Assembly: GCA_965655095.1 (NCBI GenBank)
Contig: OZ296658.1
Location: 60,512,001 to 60,576,000 of the forward strand
Reading direction: 5' to 3'
Source of the DNA: Haplodiscus bocki
Taxonomy: Eukaryota
Length of the DNA stretch: 64,000 nt
Made by a program: the position numbers and the translations under genes. Positions 38,101 to 50,560 of the stretch are shown here, piece after piece (positions within the stretch are counted from its first letter, which is position 1; each line of letters begins with the position of its first letter). The notes under the pieces are model-generated. The model did no database searches. It saw only the letters and a list, made by a program, of their open reading frames with translations, and was not told where the DNA came from.

Positions 38101-40724
38101 TTTGATATTTGCTCAGAATATACCTTCTGTGGCAAATGTAAAGTCGTTGTTCTTTTCCCTCTTTCACGTTCGTTTACAGTTCACATTTGTGTCTACGGAA
38201 AAATTGTTCCTAGATTTTACTCGAACCCCATCAATTTGTTGGAAAAAGTTAATCACGGGGCGTTCTTTCAAACTTTCGGCTTTCTCCAATTGATTATTGA
38301 CAAACTTCATTCCAGATTTTTTCTGCACCTCCGAATACAATTGTTATATTCCAAAAGTAAATTGAAATCTGTGTAGTTGTTGACTTGGTTTTTTGGTAGA
38401 ATCATTTTCCCCATAACATTAGTTGAACTTGCTCGATAAAATCACAAGTAATCCACTGGCGCAAATGTTGCCAAGCTCAGTGTTAGCTCTGGGTCTCAGA
38501 TGTGAGGCAAAGTAAACTTGAAATAGATTTTTAGTAGGTCTGATTTCCAATTAGAATCCCTTTGATATCTCGAGCGAAGAATTAATGGTCCACTAGCTTC
38601 CAGTTGGTGAAGTTAACCTCAGAGTTTTAAGTCCAGCTTCCACACACGCCATATTGGTTGCTGTAACCCACTATAAACCACACTGATTTTCACCGAAAAG
38701 GTTCATACTCTTTGGTCTTGGTTAGCTCTTCCAGTGAGCCAGTTTCTGTTTACAAAAAAAAAGACCTTTGCTTCAAGTTTTGCTGTAGTTCACCAGCGCG
38801 CAGGCATCTTTTCTTTCTTACTGTTTTTAGTTTTTCCCTTCCGTTTAAGGCCTAGTTTTTCGCCTGCATAGTAAAGTTCCCTAGACTTTGCTGAAGCGTT
38901 CACGATGTTTTCCATGAAAACATTACCGTAGCTTGTTTTCCAGCTTGCACGTTTGTTTCAGTTGATCAACAACAGAATTGACCGCTAAAGTTGGTTGCGC
39001 TACTTAATATTAAATGTATACACCTTAAATGAGTAAACTTTTGTTTATTTGTGAAACGAGTAAGTTTGCTAGTACATCTTTACCTTCATTATCAGCAATA
39101 CTTCTCGAGATTTGCGCTGGTGTTCCCTTGGCGCAAATGTTGCCATGCTCAGCTACGCCTCTGGGTCTTTGTTGTGGTTCAGTTGATTATGAGTCACATC
39201 GTTTGTTTGCATGAGTTCCATTTGGAGTCCATTTGATGTCTCGAGCGGGAATAATAATGCTTGGTTGTTATTAGTTGGTCAATGTTTACCTGCAAAACTG
39301 AGATTTGCTTCCAGATGCGCTGTATTGATTACTGCGATACGGTGCGATACATAGGAGAGTTTTTTTAACTTCATTTGAGCGCCGTTTTTTGATTAATTGT
39401 TCAAGTTGGCAAGAGTACGCCCCAATAGGACGCTTTGCTCTGAGACTCACACAATTACACCTGCTTGAGAAAAAAGTCCATCACAGTCGTTTTTCTTTTT
39501 TCCACTCGCTCCCAGCTCGCCTTTGTGCTCTCATGCTGAAGTTACTACCTAGATTTCGTCTATGCATCTTTGATTTCTCGCAATGAAACTGTCACGTGGC
39601 CTAATTGCTAGCTCTTACGCTGGTTTCAGTTAAACAACAGCCGAATTTTTTCCAAAAGTTGTATATTTTTGCACCACACAATTATTAAACCTGAGACAAC
39701 AGAATTGGTGTCAAATTGATTCTTCAGTAGTTTTGGTAGCAACTCTTCGCCATTCAAAATATGATAAAGTTGCTCATTATGTTCACTGGTGTGTCGTTGG
39801 GCAGATATTGCCAGGTTCAGCTTCGCTTGTCGGTCTAAGTTGTGAGAAAAGGTATGTTTGACTTACTGCGTGCCCAAGTTCCGAAGAGAAACCGACTCAA
39901 TTCACAATCAAGCAAAAGTTGGTTGCTTCTTTTCTGTTGGTTAGCTTAGACAGGCAACTTTTATGTTTGCATCCCGGCACAAGTTTTGATAACTGTATTC
40001 CAGTAAGACGAACTGATTCTTTTTCAAACATTTTATGCGCCTTCATGCTGTTCGATTATTTCAGTTGGCCAAAATTTGCTCACAAAAAAAGAGCTTCATT
40101 TTGATATTTGCTCAGAATATACCTTCTGTGGCAAACGTAAAGTCGTTGTTCTTTTCCTTCTTTCACGTTCGTTTACAGTTCACATTTGTGTCTACGGAAA
40201 AATTGTTCCTAGATTTTATTCGAACCCCATCAATTTGTTGGAAAATGTTAATCACGGGGCGTTCTTTCAAACTTTCGGCTTTCTCCAATTGATTATTGAC
40301 AAACTTCATTCCAGATTTTTTCTGCACCTCCCAAAACAATTGTTATATTCCAGAAGTAAATTGAAATCTGTGGATTTGTTGACTTGGCTTTTTGGTAGAA
40401 TCACTTTCCCCATAACATTATTTGACCTTGCTCGATAAAATCACAAGTATTGCACTGGCGCAAATGTTGCCAGGCTCAGTGTCAGCTCTGGGTTTCAGTT
40501 GTGAGGCAAAATAAACCTGAAATAGATTTTTAGTAGGTCTGATTTCCAATTAGAATCCATTTGATGTCTCGAGCGAGGAATTAATGGTCCGCTATATTCC
40601 AGTTGATGAAGTTAACCTCGCAGTTTTAAATTCAGCTTCCACACACGCCATTTTGGTTGCTTTAAGCCACTATAAACCACACGGATTTTCTCTGAAAGTG
40701 TTTATACGCTGTGGTCTTGGTTCG

Positions 40725-43700
40725 TCCTTCCAGTGGGCCAGGTTCTGTTTACAAAAAGAGACCTGCGCTTCAAGTTTTGCTGTAGTTCACCAGTGGAGGC
40801 AAGTTTTCTTTCGAACTGTTTTTAGTTTTTCCCCTCCGTTCAGTTCCTACTTTTGTGCCTGCAAACTAAAGTTGCCTAGAATTTGCTCAAGCGTTCACGA
40901 TGTTTTCCATGAAAAGATTACCGTGGCTGGTTTTCCAGCTGGCACTTTTGTTTTAGTTGAACAACAACTGAAACGACACGCTAAAGTTGGTTGCGCTACT
41001 TCATATTAAATATATACACCTTAGTTGAGTAAACTTTTGTGTACTTGTGAAATCAGTAAGTTTGCTAGTACATCTTTACCTTCATTATCAGCAATACTTC
41101 TCGAGATTTGCGCTAGTGTTCCCTTAGCGCGTATGTTGCCATGCTCAGCTACTCCACTGTGTCTTTGTTCTGGTTCAGGTGAAATTGAGCTACATCGTTT
41201 GTTTAGATGAGTTCCTTTTGGTGTCATTTGATGTCTCGAGCGGGAACAATGTTGCTTGGTTGTTATTAGTTGGTCCATTTTTACCTGCAAAACTGAGATT
41301 TGCTTCCAGATACGCTGTATTGATTACTGCGATACGGTGCGATACAGAGGAGAGTTTTTTAACTTCATTTGAGCGCTGTTTTTTTTTGTTAATTGTTCAA
41401 GTTGGTAAGAGTACGCCCCATTAGGACTTTCTGCTCCGAGACTCGCACAACTACACCTGCTTGAGAAAAAAGTCCATCGCAGTCGTTTTTCTGCTTTCCA
41501 ATCGTTCCCAGCTCGCATTTGTGCTCTCATACTGAAGTTACTGCCCAGATTTTGTACATGCATTTTTGACTTCTTGCAATAATACCATCGCTTGGACTAA
41601 TTGCTAGCTCTTCTGCTGGTTTGAGTTGAATAACAGCCGAAATTTTTCCAAAACTTGTTTGTTTTTGCACCAGATAATTATTAAACCTGAGACAAAATAG
41701 AATTCGTGTGAAATTGATTCTTCAGTAGTTTTGGTAGCACCTCTTCCCCATTCAAATAAGGATATAGTTGCTCAAAATGTTCACTGATGCGTCGTTGGTG
41801 CAGATATTGTCAGGTTCAGCTTCGCTTGTCGGTCTAAGTTGTGAGAAAAGCTATGTTTGACTTACTGTGTGCCCAAGTTCCGATGAGAAACCGACTCAAT
41901 TCACAATCAAGCAAAATTTGGTTGCTTCTTTTCTGTTGGTTAGCTTAGACAGGCAAGTTTTATTTTTGCATCCCGGCACAAGTTTTGATAACTGTACACC
42001 ACTAAGACGAACTGATTCTTTTTCAAACAGTTTATGCGCCTTCATGCTGTTTGATTATTTCAGTTGGCCAAGTTTTGCTCACAAAAAACGACCTTCTGTT
42101 TGATATTTGCTCAGGATATACCTTCTGTGGCAAATGTACAGTCTTTGTTTTTTTCCCTCTTCCACGTTCATTTACAGTTCATATTTGTGTCTACGTAAAA
42201 ACTTTTCCTAGACTTTAATCCAACCCATCAATTTGTTGGAAAAAGTTAATCACGGGGCGTTCTTTCAAACTTTCGGCTTTCTGCAACTGATTAACGACAA
42301 AATTCATTCCAGATTTTTTCTGCACCTCCCAATACAATTGTTATATTCCAAAAGTAAATTGAAATCTGTAAAATTGTTGACTTGGTTTTTTGATAGAATC
42401 ACTTTCCCCATAACATTAGTTGAACTCGCTCGAAATAATCACAAGTAATTGACTGGCGCAAATGTTGCCAGGCTCAGCGTCAGCTCTGGGTCTCAGTTGT
42501 GAGGCAAAGAAAACTTCGAGTAGCTGTTTTGTGTGTCTGATTTCCGAATAGAATCCATTTGATATCTCGAGCGAGGAATTACCGATCCGCTAGTTTCCAG
42601 TTGGTGAAATTAACCTCGCAGTTTTAAAGTTAGCTTCCACACACGCCATATTGGTTGCTGTAACCCACTATAAAGCACGCGGACTTTCTTTGAAATGGTT
42701 TATACGCTTTGGTCTTGGTTGGTCCTTCCAGTGGGCCAGGTTCTGTTTACAAAAAGAGACCTGCGCTTCAAGTTTTGCTGTAGTTCACCAGTGGAGGCAA
42801 GTTTTCTTTCGAACTGTTTTTAGTTTTTCCCCTCCGTTCAGTTCCTACTTTTGTGCCTGCAAACTAAAGTTGCCTAGAATTTGCTCAAGCGTTCACGATG
42901 TTTTCCATGAAAAGATTACCGTGGCTGGTTTTCCAGCTGGCACTTTTGTTTTAGTTGAACAACAACTGAAACGACACGCTAAAGTTGGTTGCGCTACTTC
43001 ATATTAAATATATACACCTTAGTTGAGTAAACTTTTGTGTACTTGTGAAATCAGTAAGTTTGCTAGTACATCTTTACCTTCATTATCAGCAATACTTCTC
43101 GAGATTTGCGCTAGTGTTCCCTTAGCGCGTATGTTGCCATGCTCAGCTACTCCACTGTGTCTTTGTTCTGGTTCAGGTGAAATTGAGCTACATCGTTTGT
43201 TTAGATGAGTTCCTTTTGGTGTCATTTGATGTCTCGAGCGGGAACAATGTTGCTTGGTTGTTATTAGTTGGTCCATTTTTACCTGCAAAACTGAGATTTG
43301 CTTCCAGATACGCTGTATTGATTACTGCGATACGGTGCGATACAGAGGAGAGTTTTTTAACTTCATTTGAGCGCTGTTTTTTTTGTTAAATGTTCAAGTT
43401 GGTAAGAGTACGCCCCATTAGGACTTTCTGCTCCGAGACTCGCACAACTACACCTGCTTGAGAAAAAAGTCCATCGCAGTCGTTTTTCTGCTTTCCAATC
43501 GTTCCCAGCTCGCATTTGTGCTCTCATACTGAAGTTACTACCCAGATTTTGTACATGCATTTTTGACTTCTTGCAATAATACCATCGCTTGGACTAATTG
43601 CTAGCTCTTCTGCTGGTTTGAGTTGAATAACAGCCGAAATTTTTCCAAAACTTGTTTGTTTTTGCACCAGATAATTATTAAACCTGAGACAAAATAGAAT

Positions 43701-46700
43701 TCGTGTGAAATTGATTCTTCAGTAGTTTTGGTAGCACCTCTTCCCCATTCAAATAAGGATATAGTTGCTCAAAATGTTCACTGATGCGTCGTTGGTGCAG
43801 ATATTGTCAGGTTCAGCTTCGCTTGTCGGTCTAAGTTGTGAGAAAAGCTATGTTTGACTTACTGTGTGCCCAAGTTCCGATGAGAAACCGACTCAATTCA
43901 CAATCAAGCAAAATTTGGTTGCTTCTTTTCTGTTGGTTAGCTTAGACAGGCAAGTTTTATTTTTGCATCCCGGCACAAGTTTTGATAACTGTACACCACT
44001 AAGACGAACTGATTCTTTTTCAAACAGTTTATGCGCCTTCATGCTGTTTGATTATTTCAGTTGGCCAAGTTTTGCTCACAAAAAACGACCTTCTGTTTGA
44101 TATTTGCTCAGGATATACCTTCTGTGGCAAATGTACAGTCTTTGTTTTTTTCCCTCTTCCACGTTCATTTACAGTTCATATTTGTGTCTACGTAAAAACT
44201 TTTCCTAGACTTTAATCCAACCCATCAATTTGTTGGAAAAAGTTAATCACGGGGCGTTCTTTCAAACTTTCGGCTTTCTGCAACTGATTAACGACAAAAT
44301 TCATTCCAGATTTTTTCTGCACCTCCCAATACAATTGTTATATTCCAAAAGTAAATTGAAATCTGTAAAATTGTTGACTTGGTTTTTTGATAGAATCACT
44401 TTCCCCATAACATTAGTTGAACTCGCTCGAAATAATCACAAGTAATTGACTGGCGCAAATGTTGCCAGGCTCAGCGTCAGCTCTGGGTCTCAGTTGTGAG
44501 GCAAAGAAAACTTCGAGTAGCTGTTTTGTGTGTCTGATTTCCGAATAGAATCCATTTGATATCTCCAGCGAGGAATTACCGATCCGCTAGTTTCCAGTTG
44601 GTGAAATTAACCTCGCAGTTTTAAAGTTAGCTTCCACACACGCCATATTGGTTGCTGTAACCCACTATAAAGCACGCGGACTTTCTTTGAAATGGTTTAT
44701 ACGCTTTGGTCTTGGTTGGTCCTTCCAGTGGGCCAGGTTCTGTTTACAAAAAGAGACCTGCGCTTCAAGTTTTGCTGTAGTTCACCAGTGGAGGCAAGTT
44801 TTCTTTCGAACTGTTTTTAGTTTTTCCCCTCCGTTCAGTTCCTACTTTTGTGCCTGCAAACTAAAGTTGCCTAGAATTTGCTCAAGCGTTCACGATGTTT
44901 TCCATGAAAAGATTACCGTGGCTGGTTTTCCAGCTGGCACTTTTGTTTTAGTTGAACAACAACTGAAACGACACGCTAAAGTTGGTTGCGCTACTTCATA
45001 TTAAATATATACACCTTAGTTGAGTAAACTTTTGTGTACTTGTGAAATCAGTAAGTTTGCTAGTACATCTTTACCTTCATTATCAGCAATACTTCTCGAG
45101 ATTTGCGCTAGTGTTCCCTTAGCGCGTATGTTGCCATGCTCAGCTACTCCACTGTGTCTTTGTTCTGGTTCAGGTGAAATTGAGCTACATCGTTTGTTTA
45201 GATGAGTTCCTTTTGGTGTCATTTGATGTCTCGAGCGGGAACAATGTTGCTTGGTTGTTATTAGTTGGTCCATTTTTACCTGCAAAACTGAGATTTGCTT
45301 CCAGATACGCTGTATTGATTACTGCGATACGGTGCGATACAGAGGAGAGTTTTTTAACTTCATTTGAGCGCTGTTTTTTTTTGTTAATTGTTCAAGTTGG
45401 TAAGAGTACGCCCCATTAGGACTTTCTGCTCCGAGACTCGCACAACTACACCTGCTTGAGAAAAAAGTCCATCGCAGTCGTTTTTCTGCTTTCCAATCGT
45501 TCCAAGCTCGCATTTGTGCTCTCATACTGAAGTTACTACCCAGATTTTGTACATGCATTTTTGACTTCTTGCAATAATACCATCGCTTGGACTAATTGCT
45601 AGCTCTTCTGCTGGTTTGAGTTGAATAACAGCCGAAATTTTTCCAAAACTTGTTTGTTTTTGCACCAGATAATTATTAAACCTGAGACAAAATAGAATTC
45701 GTGTGAAATTGATTCTTCAGTAGTTTTGGTAGCACCTCTTCCCCATTCAAATAAGGATATAGTTGCTCAAAATGTTCACTGATGCGTCGTTGGTGCAGAT
45801 ATTGTCAGGTTCAGCTTCGCTTGTCGGTCTAAGTTGTGAGAAAAGCTATGTTTGACTTACTGTGTGCCCAAGTTCCGATGAGAAACCGACTCAATTCACA
45901 ATCAAGCAAAATTTGGTTGCTTCTTTTCTGTTGGTTAGCTTAGACAGGCAAGTTTTATTTTTGCATCCCGGCACAAGTTTTGATAACTGTACACCACTAA
46001 GACGAACTGATTCTTTTTCAAACAGTTTATGCGCCTTCATGCTGTTTGATTATTTCAGTTGGCCAAGTTTTGCTCACAAAAAACGACCTTCTGTTTGATA
46101 TTTGCTCAGGATATACCTTCTGTGGCAAATGTACAGTCTTTGTTTTTTTCCCTCTTCCACGTTCATTTACAGTTCATATTTGTGTCTACGTAAAAACTTT
46201 TCCTAGACTTTAATCCAACCCATCAATTTGTTGGAAAAAGTTAATCACGGGGCGTTCTTTCAAACTTTCGGCTTTCTGCAACTGATTAACGACAAAATTC
46301 ATTCCAGATTTTTTCTGCACCTCCCAATACAATTGTTATATTCCAAAAGTAAATTGAAATCTGTAAAATTGTTGACTTGGTTTTTTGATAGAATCACTTT
46401 CCCCATAACATTAGTTGAACTCGCTCGAAATAATCACAAGTAATTGACTGGCGCAAATGTTGCCAGGCTCAGCGTCAGCTCTGGGTCTCAGTTGTGAGGC
46501 AAAGAAAACTTCGAGTAGCTGTTTTGTGTGTCTGATTTCCGAATAGAATCCATTTGATATCTCCAGCGAGGAATTACCGATCCGCTAGTTTCCAGTTGGT
46601 GAAATTAACCTCGCAGTTTTAAAGTTAGCTTCCACACACGCCATATTGGTTGCTGTAACCCACTATAAAGCACGCGGACTTTCTTTGAAATGGTTTATAC

Positions 46701-47118
46701 GCTTTGGTCTTGGTTGATCCTTCCAGTGGGCCAGGTTCTGTTTACAAAAAGAGACCTGCGCTTCAAGTTTTGCTGTAGTTCACCAGTGGAGGCAAGTTTT
46801 CTTTCGAACTGTTTTTAGTTTTTCCCCTCCGTTCAGTTCCTACTTTTGTGCCTGCAAACTAAAGTTGCCTAGAATTTGCTCAAGCGTTCACGATGTTTTC
46901 CATGCAAAGATTACCGTGGCTGGTTTTCCAGCTGGCACTTTTGTTTTAGTTGAACAACAACTGAAACGACACGCTAAAGTTGGTTGCGCTACTTCATATT
47001 AAATATATACACCTTAGTTGAGTAAACTTTTGTGTACTTGTGAAATCAGTAAGTTTGCTAGTACATCTTTACCTTCATTATCAGCAATACTTCTCGAGAT
47101 TTGCGCTAGTGTTCCCTT
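40725..47118. repeat. Recent amplification block: ~3.2 near-identical 1997-1998-bp units
   Basis: Identical peptides at 41867/43864/45862, 42233/44230/46228, 41021/43019/45016. Differences are mainly poly-T length and single substitutions. Confidence 0.93.
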
Positions 47119-47119
47119 G

Positions 47120-50100
47120 GCGCAAATGTTGCCATGCTCAGCAACGCCTCTGGGTCTTTGTTGTGGTTCAGTTGATTAGGTGTCATATCATTTGTTTGCA
47201 TGAGTTCCATTTGGAGTCCATTTGATGTCTCGAGCGGGATTAATGTTGCTTGGTTGTTATTATTTGGTCAATTTTTCCCTGCAAATTTGAGATTTGCTTC
47301 CAGATACGCTGTATTGATTACTGCGATACGGTGCGATACAAAAGAGAATTTTTTTAACTTCCATTGAGCGCTGTTTTTTGTTTAATTGTTCAAGTTGGTA
47401 AGAACACGCCCCAAAAAGACGCTTTGCTCTGAGACTCGCACATTTACACCTGCTTGAGAAAAAAGTCCATCACGGTCGTTTTTCTTTTTTCCACTCGCTC
47501 CCAGCTCCCATTTGTGCTCTCATGCTGAGGTTACTACCTAAGTTTTCTCCATGCATCTTTGATTTCTTGCAAAAAAACTGTCACGTGGCCTAATTGCTAG
47601 CTCTTATGCTGGTTTCAGTTGAACAACAGCCAAAATTTGTCCAAAAGTTTTATTTTTTTGCTCCACAAAATTATTAAACCTGAGACAACACAATTCGTGT
47701 CAAATTTAGAGTTCAGTAGTTTTGGTAGCACCTCTTCGCCATTCAAATTGAGATATAGTTGCTCAATATGTTCACTGGTGTGTCGTTGGTGCAGATTTTG
47801 TCAGGTTCAGCTTCGCTTGTCGGTCTAAGTTGTGAGAAAAGCTATGTTTGACTTACTGTGTGCCCAAGTTCCGATGAGAAACCGACTCAATTCACAAGCA
47901 AGCAAATTTTGGTTGCTTCTTTTCTGTTGGTTAGCTTAGACAGGCAAGTTTTATTTTTGCATCCCGGCACAAGTTTTGATAACTGGACTCCACTAAGACG
48001 AACTGCTTCTTTTTCAAACAGTTGATGCGCCTTCATGCTGCTTGATTACTTCATTTGGCCAAGTTTTGCTCACAAAAATGAGCTTCACTTTGATATTTGC
48101 CCAGAATATTCCTTCTGTGGCAAATGTAAAATCGTTGTTCTTTTCCCTCTTTCACGTTCACTTACAGTTCACATTTGTGTCTACGTAAAAATTGTTCCTA
48201 GAATTTAGTCGAGCCCCATCTATTTGTTGGAAAAAGTTGATCACGGGGCGTTTTCTCAAACTTTCGGCTTTCTTCAATTGATTGACGACAAAAATCATTC
48301 CAGATTTGTTCTGCACCTCCCAGTACAATTGTTATATTCCAAAAGTAAATTGAATTCTGTGTAATTGTTTACTTGGTTTTTTGGTAGAATAACTTTCCCC
48401 ATAACATTAGTTGAAATTGCTAGATAAAATCACAAGTAATCCACTGTCACGAATGTTGCCAAGCTCAGCGTCATCTCTGGGTCTCAGTTGTGAGGCAAAG
48501 TAAACTTGAAGTAGCTTTTTAGTGTGTCTGACTTCCAATTACAATCCATTTGATATCTCTAACGAGGAATTAATGGTCCGCCACTTTCCAGTTGGCGAAG
48601 TTAAACTCGCAGTTTTAAATTCAGCTTGCACACACGCCAGGGTTTTTGCTGTAACCCACTTTAAAGCACACGGATTTTCTCTGGAAAGGTTTATTCGCTT
48701 TGGTCTTGGTTGGTCCTTCCAGTGGGCTAGGTTCTGTTTACAAAGAAAGACCTTCGCTTCAAGTTTTGCTGTAGTCCACCAGTGGAGGCAAGTTTTCTTT
48801 CGAACTGTTTTTAGTTTTTCCCTTCCGTTCAATTCCTACTTTTGTGCCCGCAAACTAAAGTTGCCTAGACTTTGCTCAAGCGTTCACGATGTTTTCCATG
48901 AAAAGATTACCGTGGCTTGTTTTCCAGCTTGCTTCTCGAGATTTGCGCTAGTCTTCCCTCGGCGCAAATGTTGCCATGCTCAGCAACGCCTCTGGGTCTT
49001 TGTTGTGGTTCAGTTGATTATGAGTCACATCATTTGTTTGCATGAGTTCCATTTGGAGTCCATTTGATGTCTCGAGTGGGAATAATGTTGCTTGGTTGTT
49101 ATTATTTGGTCAATTTTTAACTGCAAAACTGAGATTTGCTTCCAGATACGCTGTATTGGTTACTGCGATACGGTGCGATACAGAGGAGAAGTTTTTTAAC
49201 TTCATTTGAGCGCTGTTTTTTGGTTAATTGTTCAAGTTGGTAAGAGTACGCCCCAATAGGACGCTTTGCTCTGAGACTCGCACAAATACACCTGATTGAG
49301 AAAAAAGTCCATCACAGTCGTTTTTCTTTTTTCCACTCGCTCCCAGCTCCCATTTGTGCTCTCATGCTGAGGTTACTACCTAAGTTTTCTCCATGCATCT
49401 TTGATTTCTTGCAAAAAAACTGTCACGTGGCCTAATTGCTAGCTCTTATGCTGGTTTCAGTTGAACAACAGCCGAAATTTGTCCAAAAGTTTTATTTTTT
49501 TGCTCCACAAAATTATTAAACCTGAGACAACACAATTCGTGTCAAATTTAGAGTTCAGTAGTTTTGGTAGCACCTCTTCGCCATTCAAATTGAGATATAG
49601 TTGCTCAATATGTTCACTGGTGTGTCGTTGGTGCAGATTTTGTCAGGTTCAGCTTCGCTTGTCGGTCTAAGTTGTGAGAAAAGCTATGTTTGACTTACTG
49701 TGTGCCCAAGTTCCGATGAGAAACCGACTCAATTCACAAGCAAGCAAATTTTGGTTGCTTCTTTTCTGTTGGTTAGCTTAGACAGGCAAGTTTTATTTTT
49801 GCATCCCGGCACAAGTTTTGATAACTGGACTCCACTAAGACGAACTGCTTCTTTTTCAAACAGTTGATGCGCCTTCATGCTGCTTGATTACTTCATTTGG
49901 CCAAGTTTTGCTCACAAAAATGAGCTTCACTTTGATATTTGCCCAGAATATTCCTTCTGTGGCAAATGTAAAATCGTTGTTCTTTTCCCTCTTTCACGTT
50001 CACTTACAGTTCACATTTGTGTCTACGTAAAAATTGTTCCTAGAATTTAGTCGAGCCCCATCTATTTGTTGGAAAAAGTTGATCACGGGGCGTTTTCTCA

Positions 50101-50560
50101 AACTTTCGGCTTTCTTCAATTGATTGACGACAAAAATCATTCCAGATTTGTTCTGCACCTCCCAGTACAATTGTTATATTCCAAAAGTAAATTGAATTCT
50201 GTGTAATTGTTTACTTGGTTTTTTGGTAGAATCACTTTCCCCATAACATTAGTTGAAATTGCTCGATAAAATCACAAGTAATCCACTGTCACGAATGTTG
50301 CCAAGCTCAGCGTCATCTCTGGGTCTCAGTTGTGAGGCAAAGTAAACTTGAAGTAGCTTTTAGTGTGTCTGACTTCCAATTACAATCCATTTGATATCTC
50401 TAACGAGGAATTAATGGTCCGCTACTTTCCAGTTGGTGAAGTTAAACTCGCAGTTTTAAATTCAGCTTGCACACACGCCAGGGTTTTTGCTGTAACCCAC
50501 TTTAAAGCACACGGCTTTTCTTTGGAAAGGTTTATTCGCTTTGGTCTTGGTTGGTCCTTC
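47120..50560. repeat. Pair of closely similar units with a 1842-bp period (~153-bp deletion at ~48932)
   Basis: ORFs 47619/49461 (offset 1842) and 48522/50363 (offset 1841). Junction reads ttttccagcttgc|ttctcgagatttgc. Confidence 0.88.

Noticed and set aside
41226-41245. tttgatgtctcgagcggg as a possible CENP-B box
   Set aside because: Does not fit TTCGNNNNANNCGGG. Only the CGGG end matches.
48522-49067. 181-aa ORF
   Set aside because: Created by the ~153-bp deletion fusing two spurious frames. Not conserved in other units.
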